A stretch of DNA of 64,000 nt from Takakia lepidozioides. Taxonomy: Eukaryota; Plantae; Bryophyta. Position numbers and translations under genes: made by a program. A model generated the notes under the pieces. It made no database searches. It was not told the DNA's origin and was given only the letters and a program-made list of their open reading frames with translations. Positions 27,331 through 39,092 of the stretch are shown in pieces (the first letter of the stretch is position 1; every line of letters begins with the position of its first letter). The stretch is from the NCBI GenBank assembly GCA_030704615.1, contig CM060732.1:54622001-54686000 (forward strand), in the 5' to 3' direction.

Positions 27331-28077
27331 AAAGGGGACGGACTGGCCTGTGAAGCACGATTCCGGCGCCAGGGGGTTATTCCCCTTCCTCTACCGGTTT
27401 GGCTTAGTAACGTAGGGATGTAGTCTTGTAAGCAGGCTTGCCAAGAAGATGGAATCTCACGTAGAGGACTCAATAAACTCACACATCCACTGGCCTCTCA
27501 TTCATGCAGACACTCAAGCACTCAAGCCACGCTACGCCACGCCCATACACTATTGAGATGAAAATCCACCACCCGGTTTGCCACGACATTCCAGTTTAAT
27601 AGTATTTTAGGCGTAATCTAATCTTAAGGCCAAATGGCGCATACATATACGTCAGCCAGATGTCGTTCCAGCATAACCATAGAGAGAAGCCACATCATCC
27701 AGTTCCATCCTAATCTGATTCTAAACTAGCTGTTAGAATAAGGCAGATCTATATTTAACCCTAAGCTGTGTCCAGCTCATCCTCATTACATAAAGCGTAA
27801 GTTCATCCAAGCTACATCCTACATCCGTTCGTCCAGGCAGAATAATCAGGTGAGGAGGAATCCCATCTCCACAAGCCCTTTTACTCAAATTGATAAAACT
27901 AAAAGAGTCACAATTGGTGGAAAAAATAACTACCATGGAGGCCATCGTGCTTATTATGGGTGAACTTCCCATGTCCATAGCAAACTAGCTACAAAAATTC
28001 TACCTAAAATGGAGTGAGAAGTAGAAGTGAGAAGAAGTAGGATGTTGCAAAGTTTACTGCACTGCCACTGAACAGAG

Positions 28078-28498
28078 TGTCATGGTTTTAGTCATGGTTA
28101 TCTAGAATTACCTACTTCTAGTTAACTAGGACATTTTAGATATTTATATTTATATTTTGTGTGTTGGGACTTCATTTGGTCTCACATGCCAAGTGAGGTG
28201 TCGAGCCTCACTTGAGACATGGAGATAGGTTTTCCCCTTGTGAGTGTTGAGGAGGCTCATCTTCTTGTAGTTGAGCCTCCATGAGCTTCTCTCACCTCCA
28301 TAGCTCTAGGTATTGAGAGGGAGTGTGTTGAGGGCTTTGTAGGGTGGATTCCTTTAGCAAAGGTGCCCTTGGCTTGACTTAGTTTATGTGATAGAGTGGA
28401 GTTCACTTGGAAGGACTAAGGCTTGTTCTTCATGTGATTGCTTCATGCTTTGAGAGCTTTCATTGTCTTCTACTTCTCTCATTTTTCATCTCTTATCA
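28078..28498 (+). repeat. Terminal repeat 'B', 5' copy (421 bp, TG...CA)
   Basis: Matches 38586-39006 with ~9 substitutions counted by eye and no indels (~98%). Confidence 0.95.
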
Positions 28499-28510
28499 CT
28501 ACAAGAAGAT
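28498..28510 (+). promoter_or_regulatory. Putative self-priming PBS (ACTACAAGAAGAT)
   Basis: It sits at the 3' edge of the 5' repeat and is the perfect reverse complement of 28259-28271 (ATCTTCTTGTAGT) inside the repeat. No TGG-starting tRNA PBS is present at this position. Confidence 0.6.
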
Positions 28511-29815
28511 CACCTTATGCTTGTGAGTGCGGAGTGTAAGGATTAGTTTTGCACTTGTATTTTAAAGAGGTTGAGAGCTAGGAGAATTTAGCTTTTGTAT
28601 CACAAGGCTTGCAAGGGGTTGCAAGGAAAGGTGCTCGAGTATTGCATGCACCAAGGAGTTGGAGAGCTTGAGAAGAAAGCTCTTGAGTCACAAGATTTTG
28701 CAAGGATTGTAAGGAGGAAGTCTTGTGTGTGTGTGGAAGCATGGATTCTAGGGTTTGAGAATCCTTTGTATGCATTATGGAGTCGATGGTGTGCGCCATG
28801 GCTTGTGGAGAGTGACTAAAGGCTTGTTAGTGCTCATTTCACTATCAAGCTAGGGTTAAGCAAGTTCAAAGTGTGGATGTTGTGGAAGAGAAGCCAAGGA
28901 GCTATATATGCTTGGGTTTGAAGACAACAAGGGCAAGCACTTGGAGAGCACTAAGAAGCTCAAGAGGTTTTGAAAGGGAGCATGTGAAGAAATCTTCCAA
29001 TTATGGTGGTGTGGAACCAAGCTTAGGGTGCCATATTGGAAGGGCTTGGAGAACATGTGGTGGGAAAACCTTGAAGGGAAATCATCATTCAATGTATGCA
29101 TAGCTTCACCCTAACTATGTAATGTGACAAGAGGGGGAGGCAATACTTGGCTATTCATGCTCTTGGTAGTGCGAGCTTTGTGGTGGATAGTTGACCAAGC
29201 AAGTGGTGCATGTGTGGAGCATGCTCGCTTGAGTTTGTAAGTTCAAGTTTGAGAAGGGGAGCTCTTGAACTAGCAAGAGGTGAAGGCCTTTGATATCCAT
29301 TTGTGTGTGAAGTGGAGAGGTGTTGATTCATGTTATGATAAAGGAGAGCAACACATAGGCCAAGAGGTCATGAAACATGCATTCAAATGACCACGGGGAG
29401 CACATGGATGATGGATTGGTGCAAGACCCCAAATGAGGCATATGGCGTGAGAGTGGGATCCAAGGCGGATTGCTTGGGAGCATTATTGTAAGTGACAAGC
29501 ATTGCTCCTACACATTGAGATAATTTGTGTTGATTTGGAGCAATTGTCAAGTGATGAGGAGACAAATGCATGATTGCTCGGCAATGGAGATATGGTAGTT
29601 TGCAATCAAATCCCAAGGACTAAAAGGGGGATTGATTTGGTGGACAATGACTTGCAAGTTGAGTTGGACCACTCTTGGTTGCACATTGGGGTGGAAGAGA
29701 GCAAGAAGATGTCTCTTATGACCACCTAGAGACCATATTTTTGCTTGAGTAGAAGCATAGAAGTCAAGGACTTGCATTCTAGCTCTTCATTACAAACCCT
29801 AGTAGTGTATGCTCA

Positions 29816-30205
29816 GACTATACCTCTGTTAGTATACCAAACAAGAGCTTGTCCCTTTGACTATACCTATGTTGAGGTATCACCATATGTGAACCCTAAT
29901 GTGAGACTATACCTCTGTTAGTATACCAAACAAGAGCTTGTCCATTTTACTATACCTCTATTGAGGTATCACCATATGTGAACCCTAATCAGCCAGACTA
30001 TACCTCTGTTAGTATACCAAACAGGAGCTTGTCCCTTTTACTATACCTTTGTTGAGGTATCACCATATGTGGACCCTAATCAGCTCAGACTATACCTCTG
30101 TTAGTATACCAAACAGAACCCTCATTTTCAGACTATACCTCTGTAAAGGTATCATCAACATAAGGGACCCTAGCAACCTCAAACTTTACCTCTGTTAAGG
30201 TATCA
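29816..30205 (+). repeat. Tandem array (~89-92-bp unit, ~3.5 copies plus partial motifs) in the retroelement leader
   Basis: GACTATACCTCTGTTAGTATACCAAAC starts at 29816, 29905, 29996 and 30088. Each full unit also has an ATACCT-N6-AGGTAT inverted motif. Confidence 0.9.
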
Positions 30206-31172
30206 ACAGTGAAAGGACTTAAGTGAAATTTAAGGGCCTTTGGAGGATTGTTTGGAAGATATTTGAGGGCCCTTGGAGGAGTATTTGGAGGATCTTTGGG
30301 GTCCTTGGAGGACCCTTCGAGGAGCTTTGGTGGACAATGTTGAAGAGCTCTTGAAGGATTGATTGAGGGATATTGAAGGATACTTGCCACGGCCATACAA
30401 GCGAGTGGATAGAGACAGGAGGGAGAGTGGTGGGATGAGAGCATTCTGGGGTTAGGAATTGCTTTAGTTTCTCTTCTCCATAGTCTTTCACCCTCTCTGT
30501 AGGCCAAAAACTTTCCGTAGGTGGAGGCAAGAGTCAGTCCGGGTTTGGGCTGGGGTGTCATTGCAAGAGCGACACTGTGGAGTGTTTTTGGTGTGGGGGA
30601 GTTGCTGTCTTGATTTTCTTGTGTTTGGATCCCCTCCACACCTGCATGCTTGACTGTGTGTCATGTTAGCTTTGTGTGGGCGCTTGTTTTCATAGGAGGT
30701 TGGTCCGGATTTGATCACCGGCCAATCCTAGAGTATGCTGTCAGTGGTGAGGTTGGAGTGATGACCAGCAAGACCACCAGTGTTTCTTCTATGGTGAGGC
30801 TGGGTTGATGACCAGCAGACCATAGGAGTGCTTGCGGTGGATGCAGGTGCAGGTACAGGTCTACGTTAGAAACCTATTATTCCTGCTTGAACCAGTAGCC
30901 GCAACAAGTTCTTTACCCGGTTACCTTGTAGAAAGTGGGGATTAGAGACAGGTTGACAACCGGTTGGGTTGTGAGTTTTCATCACGGAGGTGCCACCAGC
31001 TGCTGAGGGGAGTGCCGGTACAAGCACCAGCGATACTAGTGGATACACAAGACAAGGTGTGCGGTTTAGGCCACTTTCACCTTCAATGTCTTCTGAGGAA
31101 GGTTCAGACTCGGAGTCAAGAGGATTCTCGCCGAGGGTGCAAGTCATTTCCGTGCCATTGTTGTGGGACACG

Positions 31173-33500
31173 ATGGAGGAGATGTATGGAGCTACCAAGG
31201 GGCCACGTAGGTACTCTGGAGCTGTGGGCACCATCGAGCTTGATGACTTTATACAAGAGTTTGACAGTTGGTGTGATTTGCAACAAATGCGCAATCCACA
31301 ACTGTTTACGCCCTTTATAGGAAGGGGCTATTCCAGCACCTTGAGGGGCCGCCCATGGATGATTACCATGAATTTTGGCGGAGACATGCGGTGAAGAATG
31401 AGGAGTGGCGAGAGTATTGGTCACCTAACTATGTCTCAATCACTAGAGGCACAAGGGCAGCGGTGACACCAACAGCTACACAAACATCTCCAACTACAAG
31501 CACTAGTAGTGGAACAAGTAGTGCCGGCACTTCTGCAAGTGGTACCAGTTCAAAAGGTGCTACTACTTCTCCTACCACAATTACAACACATGTGCCTAGA
31601 TTCAACCTGGTGGTGGAGTTCTTCCAGGAGTTGTGGAGGAACTACCAAGGTATACGGACAGAGAAGCTGCGAAGTTTGCAAGACTTCCAGCGCAAATCCA
31701 GTGAGAGCTTGCGAGAGGCCTACACTCGTATGAGGCGCTTGATAAGTGTGACCCAAGGGGTTACTGAAGCTCAGGCAGTCCAGTTCTGGTATGGAATTTT
31801 GGACAAGGAGCTCAAGAGAAGGGTGCGGGATGCAACCCTGTTACAAGCGGCCCAACCCACATTAGCGGATGTGTTTCTGCTGGCTGAGCGGATTGAGCTC
31901 AACATGGTGGAGGAGCGAGTTGTTACCATTGGATTTGGCAAGGACATGCCTGCACGAGGTGCAGCTGCCAGCCAATAGGTACAAGGGACTGCCCAACAGC
32001 GTGGTCAGGGGGACAAGGTTGCCCAACCCAAGTTCCATGGAGCTTACAGGGGACCTCAGCTGCAGAGGCCCATGGCATCTTTTGCAGGCCAACAGCAACC
32101 AGGGGTGATATGTTGGACATGTGGAGGACCCCATGTCAAGAGAGATTGCCCAGAGAGTGGCAGAAGGCCGGCACAAGCACAGCCTGCACAGTTGCAGTGT
32201 GGGCATTGTGGTAAGTATGGGCATGGAGATGCCCAGTGTTATGACTTGTACCCTGAGTTGCGCCCAGGCCAGTTCCAAGGGAACAATGGTGGTCGGGGGC
32301 GAGGTGGACCAGCCCAGAGAGGACAAGGTGGTCGGGCACAAGGTGCAAGCCAAGGGCAAGCTCAACATGGCCAAGGACGCGGAGGTCAGGGTGTTGACCA
32401 ATACATGGCCAACCGGCTTCAGCAGCTAGAGCAGAGGCTCGCTGCCATGGCTACAGCTCAAGTGGTATCGGCTCCCAGGCGGGATGGTCCACCTCCTGCT
32501 CCTGAGGGAGGAGATATGGGAGGCATGGGATTCATGTGCGGAGCAGCACTACCACTAGTGCAGGTGGAGTCTGCTACAGCCGTGAATCGAGGAGCAGCAC
32601 GAGTTCCTAAGCCACGAGGTGCAAAGGTGGAATTGGATCCACAGCGTGGGGAGGCAAGCCGTCAGGCGAGGCTTCCTCAGTCATTCACATTGGCGGAGAC
32701 AGTGTCGACGCCATCCATGGCACCTAGTTCTCGCCCGACTGTTACCGAGGCGGAGGTTACTATGCCATTGGGGAGAGCTACACGTGCAGCACTGACACCT
32801 GCTACCAAGGCTAGTGCAGCCGGTGTGTTATTGGGGGCAGCCACCTCTGTGTGTCATGCCCCACTGTTCTCGGCAACCATGATTGCGACGCCGGGGGTAA
32901 GACCAGCTGCAGTGTTCAGACTAGCAGCAACACTCTGCGAGAGTGGGGAGGTCACTTCATCTTCTGCGGAGTTACTGGAAGGTGTAGTGGCAGAGGGATC
33001 CTCGGATTTGAGGGTCAAGACTGCCACGGCTGCGCCATGGCAAGCTGCAGCTGCCAGGTCGACGGAGCTGCCAGCTAGGCCAGCCTTTGAGTGCGCCATG
33101 GTGACACCTGGAGTTGTCTTGTTAGACAACCAAGGAGGCATTTTCACAGGCAAGAAGTACCGGCCATTGCGGGTCTTGTTGGACTCAGGAGCTCAGCCAC
33201 TGATGTTGGGCAGAGCTGCTATTGCAGGTTTGGGCCTCATGGAGGCGGATATGGAGCCTTGTCCTTTCCAGATACAGACATCTTTGGGAGGATCAGAGCA
33301 GGCTCGGGGCATAACACGGCGTGAGTTGGCCATTGGACTACAACCAGATCATCCTGTATATGGCTCAGTGATGCGAGCCAAGGCCATTGTGACAGACGCG
33401 GTCTCTTACGATGTCCTTGTTGGTGGGGCAGTGTTATATCCCATGGGTTTCATCCTGGACTTTTGGGAGGAGTCAGCATCCTACAGGCCTGGATGGCAGT
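31173..33500 (+). pseudogene. Retrotransposon gag (capsid-like, two CCHC zinc knuckles) and aspartic protease, disrupted
   Basis: Gag-like ELDDFIQEFDSWC and LQDFQRKSSESLREAYTRMRRL. In-frame TAG at 31976. Knuckles CWTCGGPHVKRDC and CGHCGKYGHGDAQC. Protease RVLLDSGAQ (~33170) with YDVLVG. Confidence 0.85.
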
Positions 33501-33889
33501 CAGGGGATGGTCGTCGTGCACAGCTCCCTGTGACATTCATTGGGGGTATTGCGGCTGCACAGCGGGGCAAGCTGCCAACACTAGCCGCCTTTACAGCTGC
33601 AGTTAGTTGGCCTGGAAAGTTGCTGGAAGGCAATGCCGATGCAGAGGATGTGCCACCTCCAGCAGAGCAGGATGACATGCATGGTACGGCGGAGTTGTCT
33701 GCCATGGTTGCTCACACTCCATTATGGGGTACGAGCAAGGATTTGCAGCAGGCTGCTGATGGACGGGTACAACAAGCCTGGGTAGAGGCCTTCGTACCGT
33801 CAGGAGAAGAGGAGAGTGCGGTGATTGCACCAGGACCACCTCAGTTGTCGTCATTGGACACCACACCTCTTGTGTGGCAGTGCCCGGAT

Positions 33890-34830
33890 GAAGGCATATG
33901 CCTTCTGGACTTGTTTGGCGGGATCAGCACTGGATTGGCTGCAGTACTGCAGGCAGGTGTACGAGTTCGACGTTACCTGTATGTGGAGAGGGATGAGACT
34001 GCACGACGCGTCTCACTGCGCCATGTTGCTCAGTTGGTACAGCAGTACCCTGATTTGTTGCCAGTGTCTGCAGTTCGTGGATACCAACAAGCCTTGCCAG
34101 CAGACATTTCGTTGCTGGGGGCGCAGGATTTGGAGCGGGTTAGCTCCATTGATTTAGTAGTGGCAGGTTGGCCCTGCCAAGGGCATTCATCAGCCGGGCA
34201 TGACAATGGATTGCGAGACTCGAAGACGGGTCTGTTTTGGGAGATGGTGCGGATTTTGCGCCACTTGCAGCTTCATCAAGCTGTATCTCCAGCATACATC
34301 TTGGAGAATGTGCCACTGATGGGTGATTCTCGGGCGGGTGATGGCCAGTGTGCATCAAGTCCAGTCGTGGCTTGGGTCAGCAGTGTTGCTGGATGCAGCT
34401 GCAGTGGGGTCATGGGCTCATCGTCCACGGCTATGGTGGACTAACTTGATGTCACACCACACTGCTCAAGCGTGCATTTGATGGGGTGCAGCGGCCAGCA
34501 CACCTCACAGTGGATAGCATTTTGGACACAGGAGGCAGTTCAACGTGTGAGACACGATGACCGTTCGCCTTTGGCAGTGGTCAACAGGGTGGGTCAACCA
34601 CGAGCAACATTACCTACACTGCTCAGCTTCCCAGGATCCCATGCTTTTCGGGATGGTGGACCTGGCCTCTTGTGGGATAGCCAGTTGCAACAATTAGTGG
34701 AGCCCAATGCTGACGAGCGCGAGCGGGCGATGGATTTTACCACAGGTACCATCTCTTTCTGAGGCATCACGTCGTCAGGTGTTGGGGCAAGCAATGGATC
34801 TCAATTGCTTGACCTGGATTATCAGCTTGG
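33890..34830 (+). pseudogene. DNMT3-like DNA (cytosine-5) methyltransferase domain within the retrotransposon polyprotein (frameshifted)
   Basis: Motif I LDLFGGI, II YVERD, III ADI, IV AGWPCQGHS (~34163-34189), VI YILENV. After a frameshift come VIII LDAAAVGSWAHRPRLWWTNL (~34389-34448), IX ERERAMDF and X RRQVLGQAM. Confidence 0.92.
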
Positions 34831-35258
34831 CTATGGCTGAGCAGCGCAGAGTACGGAGTACACTTCCCTTCATGGTCTCCCTGCCTACCGAGACGGTACA
34901 GGCAGCGAGTGGGGGCGAGCAGGTGAGGACCACGAGGTGCAGGCCGCATCCATGGCACACGTGGGAGGTGCTCGAGGTTCAGAAGGAGTTGGCAGCCAAG
35001 GCGGCGGTGATGGATCAGGTTGGGGATTTTTCTCGGATTGAGGAGGTCCTCAAGGATGGGATGATGGGGCAGGATGAGACATTGTCACTGACAGAGGAGG
35101 CAGTGGTCACTGCTCAAGAGGTTGCAGCATAGCAACCACGGGACGCGTCTTCTACCTCTAAGCCTGCTGGACTCAAGGTTGCAGTCACGGAGGACAACTG
35201 GGAGCCTGATGTTGGACCTATAGTCACCGGAGGAGAGAGACGACGTATACGGCGGTTC

Positions 35259-38249
35259 TTGAGGGCTTACAGGAACTGCTTTGCCTTCAGTTTGAAGGGT
35301 CAAGAGATTCGCATTGAATTGGCTACTGACACGCCAATCTTTCGGAGACCCTATAGATACAGTGACATGGAGAGGTCCTTGATTCAGATGAGAACTCAGG
35401 ACCTTTGGGAGGCTGGTTTGGTGGAGCTATCTAGGGGAGAGTATGCTTCAGCCACAGTGATGCCAGCCAAGAAGGATGTCTTTGGCAATTGGACGGAGAG
35501 ACGTATGTGCGGTGATTACCGGCCTGTAAATCGTCAGACCAAGTCCGATAGGTATGCCATGCCAACACCAGAGGAGATCTTTGATGCCATTGGGCATGCC
35601 AAGGTCTTTAGCACGTTGGATTTACGATCCGGATATAACCAGTTGCCGATCAAGGAGGCGGATAAGCAAAAGACGACATTCTGGGGGATCAATGAGCATG
35701 GGAAGGATTGCCTATACCAGTGGCGGTTCTTACCATTTGGGCTTAAGAACGCTCCGGCAGAGTTTCAGAGAGTCATGGACAGGATTCTAGCAGGGGTGGA
35801 GTTTTCTCGGTGCTACATAGATGACATCATCATCTTTAGTGCTACAGTGGAAAAGCATGAGAGACACCTTCAGGGGGTATTTGAGCGCTTGAGGGCGCAC
35901 GGATTGAAGTTACATCCGGGAAAGTGCAAGTTTTTCCACAACCAGATTGAGTATCTGGGTCACATGATATATCCTGGAGGATTGGGGGTACAGCAGACTA
36001 AGGTAGAGTCCATTGCACAGGTTCCATGCCCCACGGATGTGAGCCGAGTTCGAGCTTTCATGGGATTAACAAACTATTATAGACGGTTTGTTAAGGGATT
36101 TAGTGCCATTGCAAAGGCTCTAACCAAGCTAACCAAGGTGGACCAGGAGTGGCAGTGGGAAGATGAGCAAGAACAAGCTTTTCAAGAGCTCAAGGCGAGG
36201 TTGACCTCGGCGCCCATCTTGAGACGACCTATCAGGGGGCGTCCTTTTCAGCTGCATACAGATTGGAGCATGCTGGGGCTTGGAGCGGTGCTCACACAGG
36301 TGGATGATGAGGGAAGAGAGTTCATAGTGGCTTATGCTAGCCGCTCGAACAACGTTGCAGAGTCTAAGTATAGCTCATATGAGGAAGAATGCTTAGCTGC
36401 AGTGTGGGCCGTGGCACACTTCAGGTGCTATCTATACGGCAATCTCTTCACCCTTGTCACGGATCACCAACCACTCAAGTGGTTGATGGAGTCAGACAAG
36501 CTTACGGGGAAGCTTGCACGGTGGGCACTCATCCTTCAAGAGTATGACTTTTAGGTGGTGCATCGACCGGGTTTGGTCAATCGCAATGCAGATGGGTTGA
36601 GTCGCAATCCATGCACGAGCCAGCAGGATGACACTGGAGCTCGGTGGCATGGTAAGACGGACGAGGAGATGGTGCCCGGATGGCATGCATCTGCATTTCT
36701 GTGTATCTTGGCAGCGGAAGACCAAGTTGGACCTGCAACAGGGATGACTGTAGATCAAGTGTCTGAGGACCGTGAGGCCAGCAATGAGCAAGGTGGCGCT
36801 AAAGATATACATGAGGATTCAGTTGTGTTGGACTACCTCCGCACTGGAGACACTGCAGCCACTGTGACTGCCAAGGAGAGGGATCGGATCCTACAACGAG
36901 CCAAGAGGTTCAAGTGGGAGGGGACACACCTGCTCCGAGTGTGGGAGGATGGTCGAGTGAGGATTGTGCCTCACCCAACACAGCGGGCATGGTTAGTGCG
37001 GCATGCCCATGAGGAGTTGGGGTATTTTGGGGTGCAACGCACTCATAGTCTACTGCAGGGGCAGTATTGGTGGCGTGGTATGCACACAGAGGTGCAACAA
37101 TTTGTGGCTAGGTGCATGGTGTGTGACAAGGTGCGTGCTTCATTCAACGCCCCTACTCCACAATTGTACCCTCTTCCGATCATGGGATTGGGCTACAGGT
37201 GGAGTCTTGACTTCGCAGGGCCGTTGCCACTGACCATGCGCCACAACAAGTACATGTTGGTGATGGTGGAGCACTTCTCCAAGTGGATTGAATTGGTTCC
37301 ATTGCCTGATAAGGCTAGTGAGGGAGCTGCGTATGCATTCTTGGATTGTGTGCTTAGCCGATTCGGTGCTCCAGCTGAGGTACTCACGGACCAAGGGAGA
37401 GAGTTCTTGGGGGAGTTTCAGGCTTTGTGTGACAAGGCCTTGATAGACCACCGCACCACTTCTCGGGATCATCCTGAGGCCGATGGCTTTGCAGAGAGAG
37501 TTGTTCAGACAGTAAAGAGGGGTTTGCGCAAGTATGGCTTGCAGAAGGGACACCTAGGAGATTGGGACCTTCAGTTACCCTGGTTAGCCATGGGCTATAG
37601 GTTCAGCAAGCAAGCATCACTTGCCTCCTTCTCACTATACTTTCTTCTCTTTGGCCGAGAGCCGGATTTGCCTACATCCATTCGCAGAGAAACTGCTACA
37701 GTTCTTAACCTTGTCGATCCGGACGTGTGGGCACGTGCATGTGAGCAGCGTGCAGAGTTGTTCAAGAAAGTCATGCCCGTGGCTTTCGAGAACCTTGCCA
37801 TTGCACAACATCGTGATACGTTGAGGTATGCTACCATACGTGGTGGGGGCTATCGTCCTGGGGTTCGGAGATTCAACCCTGGTGACTATGTTTATCTGCA
37901 GCAGACTGCTCCTACGACCTTGGATGTGACTGTAGGACATACTATTTTGAGGGTTCGAGAGGTGTTGCCCTCAGGAGTCCTGATCTTGGAGGGTCGGGAT
38001 GGCATGATTTGGAAGGACCATGTGCGTAATTGCGCGCCAAGTCACCTTCCAAATATTGATGGAAGGGTTGACCCAAACCTGGCAGTGGTACCTGCAAATT
38101 TGAGGTGCATGTTGTGTGGGTCTGCTAGAGGGGCAGCCACCATGCTGGTGTGTGATCAATGCTCTAGAGGTTGGCATATGGGATGCTTGACTCCACCTCT
38201 TGAGATGGTTCCTGATGGGGATTGGTTATGTCCGCATTGCATTGGATAG
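35259..38249 (+). pseudogene. Pol: reverse transcriptase, RNase H, DDE integrase, C-terminal PHD finger (one in-frame TAG at 36552)
   Basis: RMCGDYRPVN, LPFGLKNAP and YIDDII (RT). FQLHTDWS and TDHQPL (RNase H). SLDF, TDQGREF and AER (integrase DDE). PHD CMLC...CDQC...WHMGC...WLCPHC at 38106-38240. Confidence 0.95.
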
Positions 38250-38506
38250 TGGGAGTGGATACAACCATGGAAGGCTAACAAGAAATGCAAGGCCAAGCTA
38301 CTAGGAGACCAACACACGAGATCCTGACTCAAGTTCACAGATTGCAAGACGGCAACTAACGATGGGGTTGCTCTTGTACCCGGCCTCTTGGTCTATAGAG
38401 TTTGAGTACAATAGGGACAGTGATAGAGGACTTAGTACGGCTGTGGCTATTACATCTTGTAGCTATCTGGAGTTAGAGGGACCTAACCACCAGCTAGGGG
38501 GGCGAT

Positions 38507-39092
38507 TGTGGTATAGGATTGTGTGCTTAGATTGTGTGGTGGACAACGATGTATATTGTGGCACGATGCTTAGGTGCACGACAGCTGTCATGGTTTTAGT
38601 CATGGTTATCTAGAATTACCTACTTCTAGTTAACTAAGACATTTTAGATATTTATATTTATATTTTGTGTGTTGGGACTTCATTTGGTCTCACATGCCAA
38701 GTGAGGTGTCGAGCCTCACTTGAGACATGGAGATAGGTTTTCCCCTTGCGAGTGTTGAGGAGGCTCATCTTCTTGTAGTTGAGCCTCCATGAGCTTCTCT
38801 CACCTCCATAGCTCTAGGTATTGAGAGGGAGTGTGTTGAGGGCTTTGTAGGGTGGATTCCTTTAGCAAATGTGCCCTTGGCTTGACTTAGTTTATGTGAT
38901 AGAGTGGATTTCACTTGGAAGGACTAGGGATTATTCTTCATGTGATTGCTTCATGTTTTGAGAGCTTTCATTGTCTTCTACTTCTCTCATTTCTCATCTC
39001 TTATCATTGTGGTATAGCTTTTTAGGATTGTGTGCTTAGATTGTGTGGTGGACAGCGATGTATGTTGTGGCACGATGCTTAGGTGCACGACA
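38507..39092 (+). repeat. 3' repeat block A(38507-38583)-GC-B(38586-39006)-T-A'(39008-39092)
   Basis: A and A' (TGTGGTATAG...GGTGCACGACA) differ by an 8-bp indel and 2 transitions. A is directly preceded by the PPT AGGGGGG plus CGAT. The A/B junction is the palindrome GACAGCTGTC. Confidence 0.93.

Larger units (their letters stand above)
28078..39092 (+). mobile_element. Ty3/gypsy-type retrotransposon carrying a DNMT3-like methyltransferase and a PHD finger, with split/permuted terminal repeats; decayed copy
   Basis: Ends are TGTCATG (28078) and CACGACA (39092), with TSD AGAG at 28074-28077 and 39093-39096. Domain order is gag, 2 CCHC knuckles, protease, C5-MTase, RT, RNase H, integrase, PHD. 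A PPT lies at 38496-38502. Confidence 0.93.

Noticed and set aside
28497-28508. CACTACAAGAAG resembles the En/Spm (CACTA) TIR
   Set aside because: No distal partner TIR, 3-bp TSD or CACTA transposase was found. Its complement lies inside the terminal repeat, which fits a self-priming PBS better.
29816-30120. Regularly spaced repeats resembling a CRISPR array
   Set aside because: The intervening sequences are themselves repeated (no unique spacers), there are no cas genes, and the context is a eukaryotic retroelement.
30133-30639. 168-aa antisense ORF in the retroelement leader
   Set aside because: It starts at a non-ATG codon and largely translates the degenerate repeats; no domain is recognisable.
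28078-39006. Simple model with B as an ordinary LTR pair
   Set aside because: There is no TSD (CAGAG vs TTGTG), the PPT is ~80 bp away from the 3' B copy, and the A/A' duplication is left unexplained.
39010-39018. TGGTATAGC after the 3' B repeat resembles a tRNA-Met PBS (TGGTATCAGAGC)
   Set aside because: Only 6 nt match. It is simply the start of repeat A', and no internal region follows.
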